A stretch of DNA of 64,000 bases from Pyrinomonadaceae bacterium (GCA_035761985.1 DASTQB010000206.1:14343-78342), one strand, 5' to 3'; positions 1 through 10,060 are shown, numbered from the stretch's first letter. The notes: generated by a model not told the origin, from the sequence alone. Program-made: numbers and translations.

Positions 1-645
1 GCCATCAAGAATGCGCTTTACCTGATGCAGGGGAATTCGGAAGGAGATCAGAACGCGCGCTTCCTCGAAATTGCGAGAAAAGAGACCGAAAGGGTTTCGC
101 ACATCATCCGGCAGATGCTTGGTTTTGCGCGCCGTCCGGGTGAAGTCGACTGGGTTGACGTAAACCAGTTACTCGAAGAAACCCTCGTCCTGATGGAAAA
201 GAAGATGCGGCAGTTGCGCATCCGGATTACGAAGTCGTTCGATGATTCGCTGCCGCGGGTCAGGGCGCGCGCAGATCAGTTGCGACAGGTATTTCTCAAC
301 CTGATTCTTAACGCTCAGCAGGCGATTGAGGGTGAGGGCGAGATAACGATTTCCACTTTTCGTTACGAACAGGCGTTGCAGCCGTCGATTGTGGTCCAGC
401 TCAGCGACAGCGGCGTCGGAATCGCCGAGGACGATATAAACCGGATCTTCGATCCATTCTTTTCGACCGGCAAGAAGGGAACGGGCCTGGGGTTGTGGGT
501 GACTCAGGACATCGTCCGCCAGCATGGCGGGCGTATCGAAGTGTCCAGCGAGATTGGTCGCGGAACAGTTTTCAGTATAGTGCTTCAGGTTGACTCTCCC
601 GTTTTGGAGGACGCGAAGGGGGAGTCGAAACAGGCGGTTAAATGA
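1..645 (+). CDS. Sensor histidine kinase, C-terminal fragment (HATPase_c domain); 5' end lies outside the window
   Basis: Frame 1 is open from base 1 (AIKNALYLMQG...). ATP-binding boxes are present: LNLILNAQQA (N), DSGVGI (G1), FDPFFST (F), GTGLGLWVTQDIV (G2). The stop overlaps the next start (ATGA at 642-645). Confidence 0.85.
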   Translation, partial: AIKNALYLMQGNSEGDQNARFLEIARKETERVSHIIRQMLGFARRPGEVDWVDVNQLLEETLVLMEKKMRQLRIRITKSFDDSLPRVRARADQLRQVFLNLILNAQQAIEGEGEITISTFRYEQALQPSIVVQLSDSGVGIAEDDINRIFDPFFSTGKKGTGLGLWVTQDIVRQHGGRIEVSSEIGRGTVFSIVLQVDSPVLEDAKGESKQAVK

Positions 646-2318
646 GCAACTTGTCCAACCAGCAAAACGATTCACCGTTTGACAGTGGTGGTGCTTTCGT
701 TCCGCTTTCGAATGAAGCGCGGCTCCTCGTCGTCGACGACGAAGAAAGCCTGCGCATCACTACGGGGGCAATCCTGGAAAAGGAAGGTTATATTGTCGAC
801 ACCGCGTCGAGTGGTGACGAAGCGATCGCGCTGATCAGTAAGACTGATTACGACCTGGTGCTCACTGATTTACACATGGAAGGCGGAGATGGTCTTTCCG
901 TGTTGAACCAGATCCGGCGTCATGCTCCGCTGACGATCTCGGTCGTGCTTACCGGTTTTGCTTCCGTCGAATCAGCGATTGCCGCGTTGCAGGAAGGTGC
1001 TTACGACTATCTGGTCAAGCCGTGCGACATCGAGAGCATGAAGCACACGATTCGCAGAGGCGTCGAGCACCGTCGCTTGATGCTGGCCGAACAGAAAGCA
1101 CGCGCTGATCTTGAGCAGTTGAACATGGATCTGGAACGAAGGATCGAGGAGCGCACTGCGGAACTCCAACGTCTCAACGCGGAACTTGCAGAAGCCAATC
1201 GCGCCAAGGACGTCTTTCTTGCCACGCTTTCTCATGAGTTGCGTACCCCGCTCACGCCTGTGGTCGGATGGATCAAGTTGCTGCGAACGGGAACCCTTGA
1301 CGAGAAGAGTATTTTGCAGGCACTCGACGCTATCGAGCGCAATGCATGGCTGCAGTCGCGGCTGATTGACGACCTGCTCGACACGTCTCGCATCGCAACC
1401 GGCAAGCTGCACTTCGAACCGAAGCCAACAGACTTGAACGTCGCCGTCAGAGCTGCGGTCGATACTGTTCGCGCCAGTGCGTCTGCAAGAAACATCGACT
1501 TGTCGGTGACACTGTGGCCGACGAGCCTGGTGGTGATGGGCGAGCCGGTGCGACTGCAACAGATCGCCTGGAACCTTGTTTCGAATGCGATCAAGTTTAC
1601 CGATCCGGGTGGAAAGGTAAGTGTGACAACAGCCAGCGACGGCACGTGCGCGCAGCTCATAGTCGTGGATACGGGCGTCGGGATCGAGCCTGAGTTTCTC
1701 CCGCACGTGTTCGATCGTTTTCGGCAGGCGGATGGATCTACTTCAAGGCGTCACGGCGGTTTGGGACTCGGTCTCGCGATTGCCGATGCCCTGGCGAAGA
1801 TGCACGGCGGGCAGCTCGAAGCACACTCTGAAGGAGTGGGGCTGGGGGCACGTTTTGCGCTACGCGTCGGGCTGGCAATGGTTGAGAAGGTCGCTCCGGA
1901 ACCGCAGGTGGAGAAAGCTCCGTCAGTTACGGGTCTGAAGGTGTTGATCGTAGAGGATTCGCAGGACACGCTGTTGCTGATGAGCAAGATTTTCGAGCGT
2001 GAAGGAGCCGAGGTTACGATTGCGATCTCAGCGGCACAGGCACTTGAAAGAGCGTCTAAGCAACGTCCGAATCTAATTATTTCCGATATTGGGATGCCGG
2101 AAACTGACGGCTACGAGCTGCTGCAGAGGTTGAGGGCGATTCCGGGTATGAGCGAAGTGCCGGCGATTGCGATCTCGGGTTATGCGAGTGAAGAGGATCG
2201 GGAACGCGCACTGGGTGTCGGTTATCTCGCGCTCGTTCCAAAGCCGGTGGACATCGATGCTTTGTTCAATCTAATCCAGGAAATCCGCAGCCCCGCCACC
2301 TCCCCAGCGCTGAAATAG
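642..2318 (+). CDS. Hybrid sensor histidine kinase/response regulator (REC, coiled coil, HisKA, HATPase_c, REC)
   Basis: 558 aa. N-terminal receiver LLVVDDEESL...DLVLTDLHMEGGDG; H-box FLATLSHELRTPLTPV; G boxes DTGVGIEPEF and GGLGLGLAIA; C-terminal receiver VLIVEDSQD...LIISDIGMPETDG. 4-bp overlap with the upstream kinase gene. Confidence 0.9.
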   Translation: MSNLSNQQNDSPFDSGGAFVPLSNEARLLVVDDEESLRITTGAILEKEGYIVDTASSGDEAIALISKTDYDLVLTDLHMEGGDGLSVLNQIRRHAPLTISVVLTGFASVESAIAALQEGAYDYLVKPCDIESMKHTIRRGVEHRRLMLAEQKARADLEQLNMDLERRIEERTAELQRLNAELAEANRAKDVFLATLSHELRTPLTPVVGWIKLLRTGTLDEKSILQALDAIERNAWLQSRLIDDLLDTSRIATGKLHFEPKPTDLNVAVRAAVDTVRASASARNIDLSVTLWPTSLVVMGEPVRLQQIAWNLVSNAIKFTDPGGKVSVTTASDGTCAQLIVVDTGVGIEPEFLPHVFDRFRQADGSTSRRHGGLGLGLAIADALAKMHGGQLEAHSEGVGLGARFALRVGLAMVEKVAPEPQVEKAPSVTGLKVLIVEDSQDTLLLMSKIFEREGAEVTIAISAAQALERASKQRPNLIISDIGMPETDGYELLQRLRAIPGMSEVPAIAISGYASEEDRERALGVGYLALVPKPVDIDALFNLIQEIRSPATSPALK

Positions 2319-2411
2319 GTCCGATAGGACGTATACGACCCATAAGACCCATAAGACCTATAAGCGATAGGTCCTATACGTCCTATACGTCGTATACGTC
2401 CCATTCGCCCC
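2315..2411. repeat. Family A intergenic array: about 11 tandem 9-bp units (ATAGGNCNN / ATACGNCNN)
   Basis: ataggtccg ataggacgt atacgaccc ataagaccc ataagacct ... ataggtcct atacgtcct atacgtcgt atacgtccc. The first unit contains the TAG stop (2316-2318) of the hybrid kinase. Same unit family as the arrays between ADOP genes. Confidence 0.8.
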
Positions 2412-2446
2412 ACCCCAAGCACAGCTAAATTTTGCATGTATTAGGG

Positions 2447-2474
2447 TTGACAAATCTGAAACTGTAACTATAAT
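2447..2474 (+). promoter_or_regulatory. Sigma70-type promoter with both hexamers at consensus (TTGACA-16 bp-TATAAT) upstream of the Rrf2 gene
   Basis: TTGACA at 2447-2452, TATAAT at 2469-2474, 16-bp spacer, 45 bp upstream of the ATG at 2519. Sequence match only; no transcript data. Confidence 0.55.
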
Positions 2475-2481
2475 GGTTACA
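2463..2481. promoter_or_regulatory. Inverted repeat TGTAAC-N7-GTTACA spanning the -10 hexamer; candidate autoregulatory operator
   Basis: tgtaac tataatg gttaca has 6-bp perfect arms at 2463-2468 and 2476-2481. Its position over the -10 box of the Rrf2 promoter suggests repressor binding (inference). Confidence 0.35.
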
Positions 2482-2518
2482 AAACAGGGCCCCGGAGTTC
2501 CCTTCAACAGCTGATATT

Positions 2519-3067
2519 ATGTCGACAAATAGCAGGTTCGCGGTTGCGGTACATGTTTTAAGTTTGATGGCCTGGTCAGGCGAAGAACCCCTTAAATCCG
2601 AACAGGTTGCAGAAAGCGTAAATACCAATCCAGTCGTGATCCGGCGGATGTTGTTGGAACTCGCCGAGGCCGGTCTAGTAGTGTCTCAGACGGGTTCACT
2701 GGGCGGCTCGCGGCTGGCGAATGACCCCGCAAAAACCACCCTTTTAGACATTCACCGCGCCCTCCAAAGTGGCGGGGTTTTTTCCCTACACCGGCAACCG
2801 CCGAGTCGCGACTGTCCGGTGGGCGTGAATATTGAGACCGTTCTGGGAGAGGTTTTGCAGGAGGTCGACTCGGCCGTCGAGCAGGTGCTCGGAAAGATAA
2901 CAATTAATGATGTCGTGCAACGCTTGAAACCCTGCGGCGGTGCTGTGACATCGAAGAGTGTTGAGAGAAATGGGAAGAAGAAACACTTCGACCAGAAGCA
3001 GATTTCGATGCCCCAGTTGCGCGCAGGGGCAAAGACCCGGAGGGTTCGGGCCCTTCGGACTGCTTAA
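2519..3067 (+). CDS. Rrf2 family transcriptional regulator (YwnA-like; no three-Cys Fe-S ligand cluster visible)
   Basis: 182 aa. N-terminus [19 protein letters not shown]...[28 protein letters not shown] is a typical Rrf2 winged-helix. Only two Cys residues. Basic C-terminal tail of about 35 aa beyond the usual family length. Confidence 0.8.
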   Translation: MSTNSRFAVAVHVLSLMAWSGEEPLKSEQVAESVNTNPVVIRRMLLELAEAGLVVSQTGSLGGSRLANDPAKTTLLDIHRALQSGGVFSLHRQPPSRDCPVGVNIETVLGEVLQEVDSAVEQVLGKITINDVVQRLKPCGGAVTSKSVERNGKKKHFDQKQISMPQLRAGAKTRRVRALRTA

Positions 3068-3093
3068 TTAAACCGCGAGAAAGGAACACTCAT

Positions 3094-4800
3094 TTGTCCA
3101 GGCTTGAAAAAGATCAAAGCGGTATCGAGCTCATGAATTCGGTGAAGGGCGAGTTTGTCAACCTCAGCGAGGAACTGACCGACGACGCCGTGTCGATTGA
3201 GGATATCGACGAAGTTCTGCAAACGCTCGAGAGAGCGACCAGTGGTGAAACCGAGATCGAGGAGCCTTTGATCGAGGAGTCCTCGTCTGCGGTCGAGTCG
3301 GATGAGTCGATGAGCGAAGAGGTCGAACTCGATCTCTCCGCCGGCGAAATGGATAAGACCTCGGATCCCATTCGCGTCTACATGCGCGAGATGGGCGTAG
3401 TGCCGCTGCTCACACGAGAGCAGGAAGTGTCGATCGCAAAACGCATCGAGCGCGGTCAGAAACGCGCTGAGAAGGCGATTGCTCGTTCACCAATCGCCGT
3501 TGTCGAACTTTTCAGAATCGGCGACGATCTGGCTGCGGGTACGCTGAATATCCGCGACGTTGTCGCGTTCTCCGATCAGATGGAGACCGAAGAGCACGAA
3601 GACCGCAGTGAAGAGTATTTGCAGTGGACGATCGAAGGACTAAACAACATTCGACAACTCTACAAGCGAGGCTTGAAAGAGTTTGATAAGTTCGCTGAGG
3701 AATTAAAGGCGGCGCGTGGCAAGCGTTCGAAGAAGCTTCTGCGCTACCGGAGAAAACTCGCGCGTACCAGGTTGGAAATCGCGCAGGAGATCCGGAGTCT
3801 GCACTTGAAAGAGGCCGCTCGCCAGCGGCTGATCGCCGCCATCGGTGCGGTACACAAGGAAGTTCGATCACTCGAGAAAGAGATCGAATCGTATTCGGAA
3901 AAACTGAAGCGTAAAGGGCTGAAGGCTGACAAGCAGAAGGAATTCCGCCGTCACGTCGTGGCTGCGAAGAAGCGTTTGAAGGAGATCGAGACGGAGCATC
4001 ATCTGTCGCCTCTCGAAATCAAACGTTCGCACCAGATGATTGCAGTCAGCGAAGCACAAACTGCGCAGGCGAAACACGAGCTGACTGAGGCCAACCTGCG
4101 CCTCGTCGTTTCGATCGCGAAGAAGTATCAGAACCGTGGTTTGCAGTTTCTCGACCTGATTCAGGAAGGCAACCTGGGTCTGATGAAGGGCGTTGACAAG
4201 TTTGACTGGCGACGTGGTTACAAGTTTTCGACTTACGCTACATGGTGGATTCGGCAGGCAATCACGCGCGCGATCGCGGATCAGGCGCGCACGATTCGTA
4301 TTCCGGTCCACATGATCGAGGTCATCAACAAGCTCAAGAACACTTCGCGTGAGCTTGTGCGCGAACTCGGTCGCGAACCAACGACTGAAGAGATCGCGAA
4401 GAAGATGGACACCTCTGTCGACAAAGTGCGCAAGGCGCGCAAGTTGATGCAGGACCCGATCTCGTTGGAGACGCCGATCGGTGAGAACGGCGATTCGCAG
4501 TTGGGCGACTTGATCGAAGACAAGTCGAGCGAGAGTCCGGCGGCGCGAGTGATCACGTCAAACCTGCGCGAGATCGCAGGCGACGTGTTGCAGACGTTGA
4601 GCCCGCGTGAAGAGCGTGTGATTCGTTTGCGGTTTGGACTCGACAATGGTGGGCACGAGCGGACGTTGGAAGAAGTTGGGCAGAACTTCAACGTGACGCG
4701 CGAGCGCATCCGTCAGATTGAGGCGAAGGCCTTGCGCAAACTGCGTCATCCTTCGCGGGCACGGCTACTGAAGAATTTCCTCGAAGGCGAGGGGCAATAG
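3094..4800 (+). CDS. rpoD: RNA polymerase primary sigma factor RpoD (sigma70)
   Basis: 568 aa from TTG 3094 (AAAGGA lies 8 nt upstream). Acidic region 1.1. Region 2: [56 protein letters not shown]. Region 4: [30 protein letters not shown]. The alternative ATG at 3133 cannot be excluded. Confidence 0.93.
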   Translation: MSRLEKDQSGIELMNSVKGEFVNLSEELTDDAVSIEDIDEVLQTLERATSGETEIEEPLIEESSSAVESDESMSEEVELDLSAGEMDKTSDPIRVYMREMGVVPLLTREQEVSIAKRIERGQKRAEKAIARSPIAVVELFRIGDDLAAGTLNIRDVVAFSDQMETEEHEDRSEEYLQWTIEGLNNIRQLYKRGLKEFDKFAEELKAARGKRSKKLLRYRRKLARTRLEIAQEIRSLHLKEAARQRLIAAIGAVHKEVRSLEKEIESYSEKLKRKGLKADKQKEFRRHVVAAKKRLKEIETEHHLSPLEIKRSHQMIAVSEAQTAQAKHELTEANLRLVVSIAKKYQNRGLQFLDLIQEGNLGLMKGVDKFDWRRGYKFSTYATWWIRQAITRAIADQARTIRIPVHMIEVINKLKNTSRELVRELGREPTTEEIAKKMDTSVDKVRKARKLMQDPISLETPIGENGDSQLGDLIEDKSSESPAARVITSNLREIAGDVLQTLSPREERVIRLRFGLDNGGHERTLEEVGQNFNVTRERIRQIEAKALRKLRHPSRARLLKNFLEGEGQ

Positions 4801-4856
4801 TTTTAAACCGAGCGCGCGAGCGCCGCGGCAGAAAAAGATTAGGAGCAACGAAAACA

Positions 4857-5201
4857 ATGAGTGAATTTGTGAAGGATGTGAGCGATAGCTCGTTTGAGCA
4901 GGAAGTATTGAGCGCCGGTAAACCAGTACTGGTCGATTTCTGGGCTGAATGGTGTGCCCCTTGCCGGATGCTGGCGCCGACGGTTGCGGCTGTCGCGGAG
5001 CATTATGGCGATAGCGCGAGCGTGGTGAAGTTGAATGTGGACGACAACCCTTCGACGGCACAGCGCTACGGCATCAAGGGCATTCCCACCCTCATACTTT
5101 TCCGTGATGGAAAGGAAGTCGAGCGTGTGGTCGGTGCGACGAGTAAGGAATCGATCACGAGGATGATCGAGAAGTATGTGAGTGCGAGGGCTGCGAGTTA
5201 A
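4857..5201 (+). CDS. trxA: Thioredoxin (active site WCAPC)
   Basis: 114 aa. VLVDFWAEWCAPCRMLAP...GIKGIPTLILFRDG is the typical Trx fold signature. AGGAG lies 11 nt upstream of the ATG. Confidence 0.9.
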   Translation: MSEFVKDVSDSSFEQEVLSAGKPVLVDFWAEWCAPCRMLAPTVAAVAEHYGDSASVVKLNVDDNPSTAQRYGIKGIPTLILFRDGKEVERVVGATSKESITRMIEKYVSARAAS

Positions 5202-5228
5202 GCCGCGAGTTAATCCACTCTTTGGAAG

Positions 5229-5256
5229 GGCCGGGCGTTTTTGCCCGGCCTTTTTT
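5229..5256 (+). terminator. Rho-independent terminator after trxA
   Basis: 8-bp GC stem ggccgggc (5229-5236) / gcccggcc (5243-5250), loop gttttt, followed by TTTTTT (5251-5256). Confidence 0.85.
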
Positions 5257-5260
5257 GTTG

Positions 5261-5290
5261 CCGCGGATAAACGCGGATTAGTAACGGATT
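5261..5290. repeat. Family B intergenic repeat (three CGCGGAT/AACGGAT units)
   Basis: ccgcggat aaacgcggat tagtaacggat t. Same unit family as at 10061, 12575, 35299, 40293 and other sites. Confidence 0.7.
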
Positions 5291-5338
5291 CTTTGCTTCC
5301 TTGCGGCAGGGCTTGCATTTCATAGACAATGACGCCGC

Positions 5339-5950
5339 ATGGAACAGACGAAGCCTCAGCGGCTCATTGTCGGTATCACCGGCGCGACTGGAACTATCTT
5401 CGGTGTGCGCATTCTGCAAATGCTGCACGGCTCCGGTGTCGAAACTCATCTCGTCGTCAGCAAGTGGGCGGCGCGCACCCTCACACATGAAACCCCGTAC
5501 ACACTGAAAGACGTACAAAGTCTCGCGACGCAGAATTACAACATCGGCGCGCAGGGCGCAGCGATCTCGAGTGGCTCGTTCGTAACTCTCGGCATGGTCA
5601 TCGCGCCATGCAGCATGCGCACTCTCGCAGCCATCGCGCACGGACTCGGTGACAACCTGATCCATCGCGCTGCGGACGTGATTCTCAAAGAGCGTCGCAA
5701 GCTCGTACTCGTCGTGCGCGAGGCGCCTTTCAACGAGATACATCTTGAAAACATGCTGAAACTCGCGCGCATGGGCGTCACCATCCTGCCGCCCGTGCCT
5801 GCGTTCTACAACAATCCGCAGAATCTCGACGACATGATCAATCACATCACGATGCGCGTGATCGATCAGTTTGATATACACCTCGACGTCATGAATCGCT
5901 GGGACGGAGTGCTACTCGATCGTAAGCGTTTGTCGACGGAAACAGAATAG
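5339..5950 (+). CDS. ubiX: UbiX-family flavin prenyltransferase
   Basis: 203 aa. RLIVGITGATGTIFGVRILQML and MVIAPCSMRTLAAIAHG are motifs typical of UbiX/Pad1. Confidence 0.85.
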   Translation: MEQTKPQRLIVGITGATGTIFGVRILQMLHGSGVETHLVVSKWAARTLTHETPYTLKDVQSLATQNYNIGAQGAAISSGSFVTLGMVIAPCSMRTLAAIAHGLGDNLIHRAADVILKERRKLVLVVREAPFNEIHLENMLKLARMGVTILPPVPAFYNNPQNLDDMINHITMRVIDQFDIHLDVMNRWDGVLLDRKRLSTETE

Positions 5951-5959
5951 GAGCAAGCA

Positions 5960-6643
5960 ATGGGAGAAATGGTCCAATTTCCGAATAACGGCGGCAGCAC
6001 AGATGGATATCTCTCCGTTCCGGACAGCGGCAGTGGTCCGGGTGTCATCGTGATTCAGGAGTGGTGGGGACTCGTGGATCACATCAAGGAAGTTTGCGAC
6101 AGGTTTGCCGCCGAAGGTTTTGTCGCGCTTGCTCCCGATCTCTATCACGGTAAATCGACCAAGTCTCCCGACGAAGCTGGCAAGCTCATGATGGCGCTGC
6201 GCATCGACGAAGCTGAGAAAGATATGCGCGCTGCGGCTGACTATCTCGCAATCCAGGACGCCACTACGAGCGAGAAGATCGGCGTGGTAGGTTTCTGCAT
6301 GGGCGGCGCTCTCGCTCTCTACACGGCGACGAAGAACCCGGCGATCGGCGCGTGTGTCGTCTTCTACGGCGGGCATCCGAAGGTCCATCCCGATCTGCCG
6401 AACCTGCACGGGCCCATGTTGGGACTGTACGCAGATCGAGACGACTTCGTTACTCCGGATTCAGCTCGCGAGCTCGAGCGAAAGTTGAAAGACCTCGGCA
6501 AAGAGGTCGAAATAAGAATTTATCCAGACGCCGATCACGCGTTCTTCAACGATTCGCGTCCAGAGGTTTACAATGCCGGCGCTGCTGCTGACGCATGGCA
6601 GCGCACTGTCGAGTTCCTTCGCAAGAATTTAGCCGCAGATTAA
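5960..6643 (+). CDS. Dienelactone hydrolase family protein
   Basis: 227 aa. GPGVIVIQEWWGL, nucleophile motif VVGFCMGGALAL, C-terminal YPDADHAFF. Confidence 0.8.
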   Translation: MGEMVQFPNNGGSTDGYLSVPDSGSGPGVIVIQEWWGLVDHIKEVCDRFAAEGFVALAPDLYHGKSTKSPDEAGKLMMALRIDEAEKDMRAAADYLAIQDATTSEKIGVVGFCMGGALALYTATKNPAIGACVVFYGGHPKVHPDLPNLHGPMLGLYADRDDFVTPDSARELERKLKDLGKEVEIRIYPDADHAFFNDSRPEVYNAGAAADAWQRTVEFLRKNLAAD

Positions 6644-6699
6644 CGCGGATTTGCTGATCTACAAGCTCCGTCTCATTACATTAAAAAGGAAATCGGTTT

Positions 6700-9600
6700 A
6701 TGACTCTGCCTTCGTGCGCGTTGTCTCTAATCTTGTCCCTTATCTTCGTGGCCTCTGCCGTTGCACAGGAGCCATCGCCAACGCCAACGCCGTCTCCATC
6801 GCCATCGCCATCGGCAACGGCAAGCCCATCGCCGCGGGCGGAAGAGTCGCCCACGCCCCGCGATCCGATGTCGACGCCGACGTTCAACGGATTACGACTA
6901 CGTTCGATTGGCCCGGCTTTCACTTCGGGCCGCATCAGCGGGTTTGCAGTCGATCCAAACAACTACACGCGTTACTACGTCGCGGTTGCATCAGGCGGTG
7001 TGTGGAAGACGACCAACGCAGGCACAACATGGACGCCGATCTTCGATAACGAAGCTTCGTATTCGATCGGCGCGATCGCACTCGATCCGAAGAATCCTCT
7101 CGTCGTTTGGGTGGGAACTGGTGAGAACAACAGCCAGCGCAGCGTCGCGTATGGCAGCGGTCTTTACAAATCAGAAGACGGTGGCAGGATGTGGAGAAAC
7201 GTTGGTCTGAAAACTTCAGAGCACATCGGTCGCATCGCGATCGATCCGAAGGACTCAAACATCGTCTACGTCGCGTCGCAGGGTCCGTTGTGGGGCCCGG
7301 GCGGCGAGCGTGGTCTTTTCAAAACGACCGACGGCGGCAAGACGTGGAAGAACATCCTCAACATCAGCGAGAACACCGGCGTCACCGACGTCGTCGTCGA
7401 TCATAACGATCCAAACACGATCTACTGCGCTTCATATCAACGCCGCCGCCATCGCTGGACGCTGATCAACGGCGGTCCGGAAAGCGCGATCTATAAATCG
7501 ACAGATGCAGGCGCCACCTGGAACAGGTTGCGTGCGGGTTTGCCGACTGTTGAACTGGGACGAGTCGGACTCGCGATCTCGCCGGTTGATTCAAATGTGA
7601 TCTATGCGACGGTCGAAGCCGCCGATCGCAGAGGTGGAATCTTTCGCTCAGGCGATCGCGGCGGTAGCTGGGAACGGCGCAACGAGTTTGACTCCACCGC
7701 GATGTACTACTCGCGTATCGTCGCGGATCCGAAAGACGTCGATCGCATCTACGTGATGAACGTGTTCGCGATGGTTTCTGACGACGGCGGCCGCACGCTG
7801 CGTCGTCTCGGCGAGCGCAACAAGCACGTCGATAATCACGACATCTGGATCAATCCGCAGAACACCGACCACTACCTGATTGGTTCCGACGGCGGTATTT
7901 ACGAGAGTTTCGATCGCGGTGCGACTTGGGACTTCAAACAGAATCTTCCAGTCACGCAGTTTTACGACGTCACGACCGATAACGCGAAACCTTTCTACAA
8001 CATTTACGGCGGAACACAGGACAACTTCAGTTTTGGTGGTCCATCGCGCACGCGCAGTGCCTCCGGAATCACAAACGCCGACTGGTTCGTCACGAACGGC
8101 GGCGATGGTTTCCGATCGCAGGTAGATCCGGAAGATCCGAACATCATCTATGCCGAACTGCAAAACGGCGGGCTCGTGCGTTTCGACAAACGCACCGGAG
8201 AACGCATCGGCATTCAACCGCAACCGGGCCGCGGCGAAGATCCTTATCGCTGGAACTGGGATTCGCCTTTCATCATCAGCCCGCACCTGCGCACGCGACT
8301 CTACTTCGCCGCGGACAAACTCTTTCGCAGCGACGATCGCGGCGACACGTGGCAGCTCATCAGCGGTCAGCTTTCACGCGATCTCGATCGCGACAAGCTG
8401 CCGGTGATGGGAAGAATCTGGAGCATCGATGCGGTCGCGAAGAACGCGTCAACGGCCCATTTCGGCAATGCTTCCGCGCTCGCCGAGTCGCCGAAGAAAG
8501 AGGGACTGATTTATGTCGGTACGGATGACGGGCTCGTGCAGGTGACGGAAGACGGCGGCAAAAACTGGCGCAAGATAGAGAAGTTTCCGGGCGTGGCCGA
8601 CATGTCGTACGTGACGCGGATCATCGCGTCGAATCACGATGCAAACACGGCGTACGTGAGTTTCGATAACCACCAGAGCAACGACTTCAAACCATATCTG
8701 TTGAAGACAACGGATGCCGGACGGACCTGGACGTCGATCAGTTCCAACCTGCCGAAGAATGGTCCAGTGCTCGCGATCGCGGAAGATCACGTGAACCCGA
8801 ACCTGCTGTTCACGGGCACTGAGTTTGGTCTCTGGTTCTCGATCGACGGTGGTCAGAAGTGGATCCAACTGAAGGGCGGTATGCCGACGATCGCCGTGGC
8901 CGATCTCAACATTCAAAAACGTGAAAACGATCTGATCGTCGGAACCTTTGGCCGTGGCATTTACATCCTCGATGACTACACACCGCTGCGTCTGCTCAAA
9001 CCGGAAACGGTGCGACAGGAGGCGGCGGTGTTTCCCGTGAAGGATGCGTTGATGTACATCCAGTCGCAGCCGCTCGGCGGGCGGGGCAAGAGTTTTCAGG
9101 GTGAGCGTTACTACACCGCTGACAATCCACCGTTTGGCGCCACTGTTACGTGGTACTTGAAAGACGCAATCAAGACCAAGAAAGAGAAGCGGCAGGAGGC
9201 TGAACGTGACGCTGCGAGGAGAGGCGCGCCTGTCGGTTGGCCCACGCGTGCCGAGCTGCGCGCAGAAGAAGAAGAGGAGCCGCCGGCGATTCTCGTGACG
9301 GTAACAGATGCTTCGGACAATGTGGTGCGACGTTTGACTGGACCTGTAGGTGCTGGTATCCAGCGACTGACGTGGGACCTGCGTTATCCAGCGGCGAATC
9401 TCTCGGCGCCGCCGCCGCCCGATGCTGATTTCGACTTCGAACCGCCGTCTGGTCCACTCGTCATGCCGGGCACTTACAAGATCCAGGTAGCGAAGCGAGT
9501 TGACGGCGTGGTTACGCAACTTGGACCGGCGCAGCAGTTTCAGGTGACGGTCGAAGGGCAGGAGAACATGTCAGTTGCCGATCGCACCGCGCTCGTCGAG

Positions 9601-10053
9601 TTTCAGCAGAAAGCCGTGCGATTACAACGCGCGGTGAGCGGCGCGACGCAGGCGACTAACGCGCTCAAGCCGCGGCTCGCAGCGATAAAACGAGCGATCA
9701 ATGAGACGCCGTCATTGCCGCACCGTCTTCAGGACGAAGCGACCGCGTTAGACCGACGAGTTAACGAGCTTCAGCGCGCGTTGAGTGGTGATTCGGCGGC
9801 ACGCCAGCGCAACATGAACACGCCCCCGTCGATCAACGATCGCATCAATTACGTGATCAACGCGCAACGCATGTCGACTGCGCGTCCGACGCAAACGCAG
9901 CAGAACCAGTACAACGCCGCGGCGCAGGATTTCGAAACCGTCCTGGGCCAGTTGCGGCAATTGATCGAAGTCGATCTGGCGCGACTGGAGAAACAATTGG
10001 AAGCCGCAGGTGCTCCATGGACACCCGGACGCATTCCTGAGTGGCGGCAATAA
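6700..10053 (+). CDS. Secreted Asp-box (BNR) repeat protein, sortilin/Vps10-like, beta-propeller-type repeats
   Basis: 1117 aa. Signal peptide MTLPSCALSLILSLIFVASAVA/QE, then a PSPTPTPSPSPSPSATASPSP linker. At least 10 S/T-x-D-x-G-x-T/S-W-like Asp-boxes (KSEDGGRMW, KTTDGGKTW, KSTDAGATW, RSGDRGGSW, ESFDRGATW, RSDDRGDTW, VTEDGGKNW, KTTDAGRTW, SIDGGQKW). Confidence 0.8.
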   Translation: MTLPSCALSLILSLIFVASAVAQEPSPTPTPSPSPSPSATASPSPRAEESPTPRDPMSTPTFNGLRLRSIGPAFTSGRISGFAVDPNNYTRYYVAVASGGVWKTTNAGTTWTPIFDNEASYSIGAIALDPKNPLVVWVGTGENNSQRSVAYGSGLYKSEDGGRMWRNVGLKTSEHIGRIAIDPKDSNIVYVASQGPLWGPGGERGLFKTTDGGKTWKNILNISENTGVTDVVVDHNDPNTIYCASYQRRRHRWTLINGGPESAIYKSTDAGATWNRLRAGLPTVELGRVGLAISPVDSNVIYATVEAADRRGGIFRSGDRGGSWERRNEFDSTAMYYSRIVADPKDVDRIYVMNVFAMVSDDGGRTLRRLGERNKHVDNHDIWINPQNTDHYLIGSDGGIYESFDRGATWDFKQNLPVTQFYDVTTDNAKPFYNIYGGTQDNFSFGGPSRTRSASGITNADWFVTNGGDGFRSQVDPEDPNIIYAELQNGGLVRFDKRTGERIGIQPQPGRGEDPYRWNWDSPFIISPHLRTRLYFAADKLFRSDDRGDTWQLISGQLSRDLDRDKLPVMGRIWSIDAVAKNASTAHFGNASALAESPKKEGLIYVGTDDGLVQVTEDGGKNWRKIEKFPGVADMSYVTRIIASNHDANTAYVSFDNHQSNDFKPYLLKTTDAGRTWTSISSNLPKNGPVLAIAEDHVNPNLLFTGTEFGLWFSIDGGQKWIQLKGGMPTIAVADLNIQKRENDLIVGTFGRGIYILDDYTPLRLLKPETVRQEAAVFPVKDALMYIQSQPLGGRGKSFQGERYYTADNPPFGATVTWYLKDAIKTKKEKRQEAERDAARRGAPVGWPTRAELRAEEEEEPPAILVTVTDASDNVVRRLTGPVGAGIQRLTWDLRYPAANLSAPPPPDADFDFEPPSGPLVMPGTYKIQVAKRVDGVVTQLGPAQQFQVTVEGQENMSVADRTALVEFQQKAVRLQRAVSGATQATNALKPRLAAIKRAINETPSLPHRLQDEATALDRRVNELQRALSGDSAARQRNMNTPPSINDRINYVINAQRMSTARPTQTQQNQYNAAAQDFETVLGQLRQLIEVDLARLEKQLEAAGAPWTPGRIPEWRQ

Positions 10054-10060
10054 AAACTGA

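Noticed and set aside
8449-9519. Long antisense or out-of-frame ORFs throughout the window (e.g. 8449-9519 -, 20475-21515 -, 25687-26805 -, 48853-49791 -, 53097-54182 -, 59961-60710 -)
   Set aside because: All lie opposite or overlap strongly supported genes. They are Arg/Ser/Pro/His-rich with no recognisable motifs, as expected for chance open frames in GC-rich DNA.
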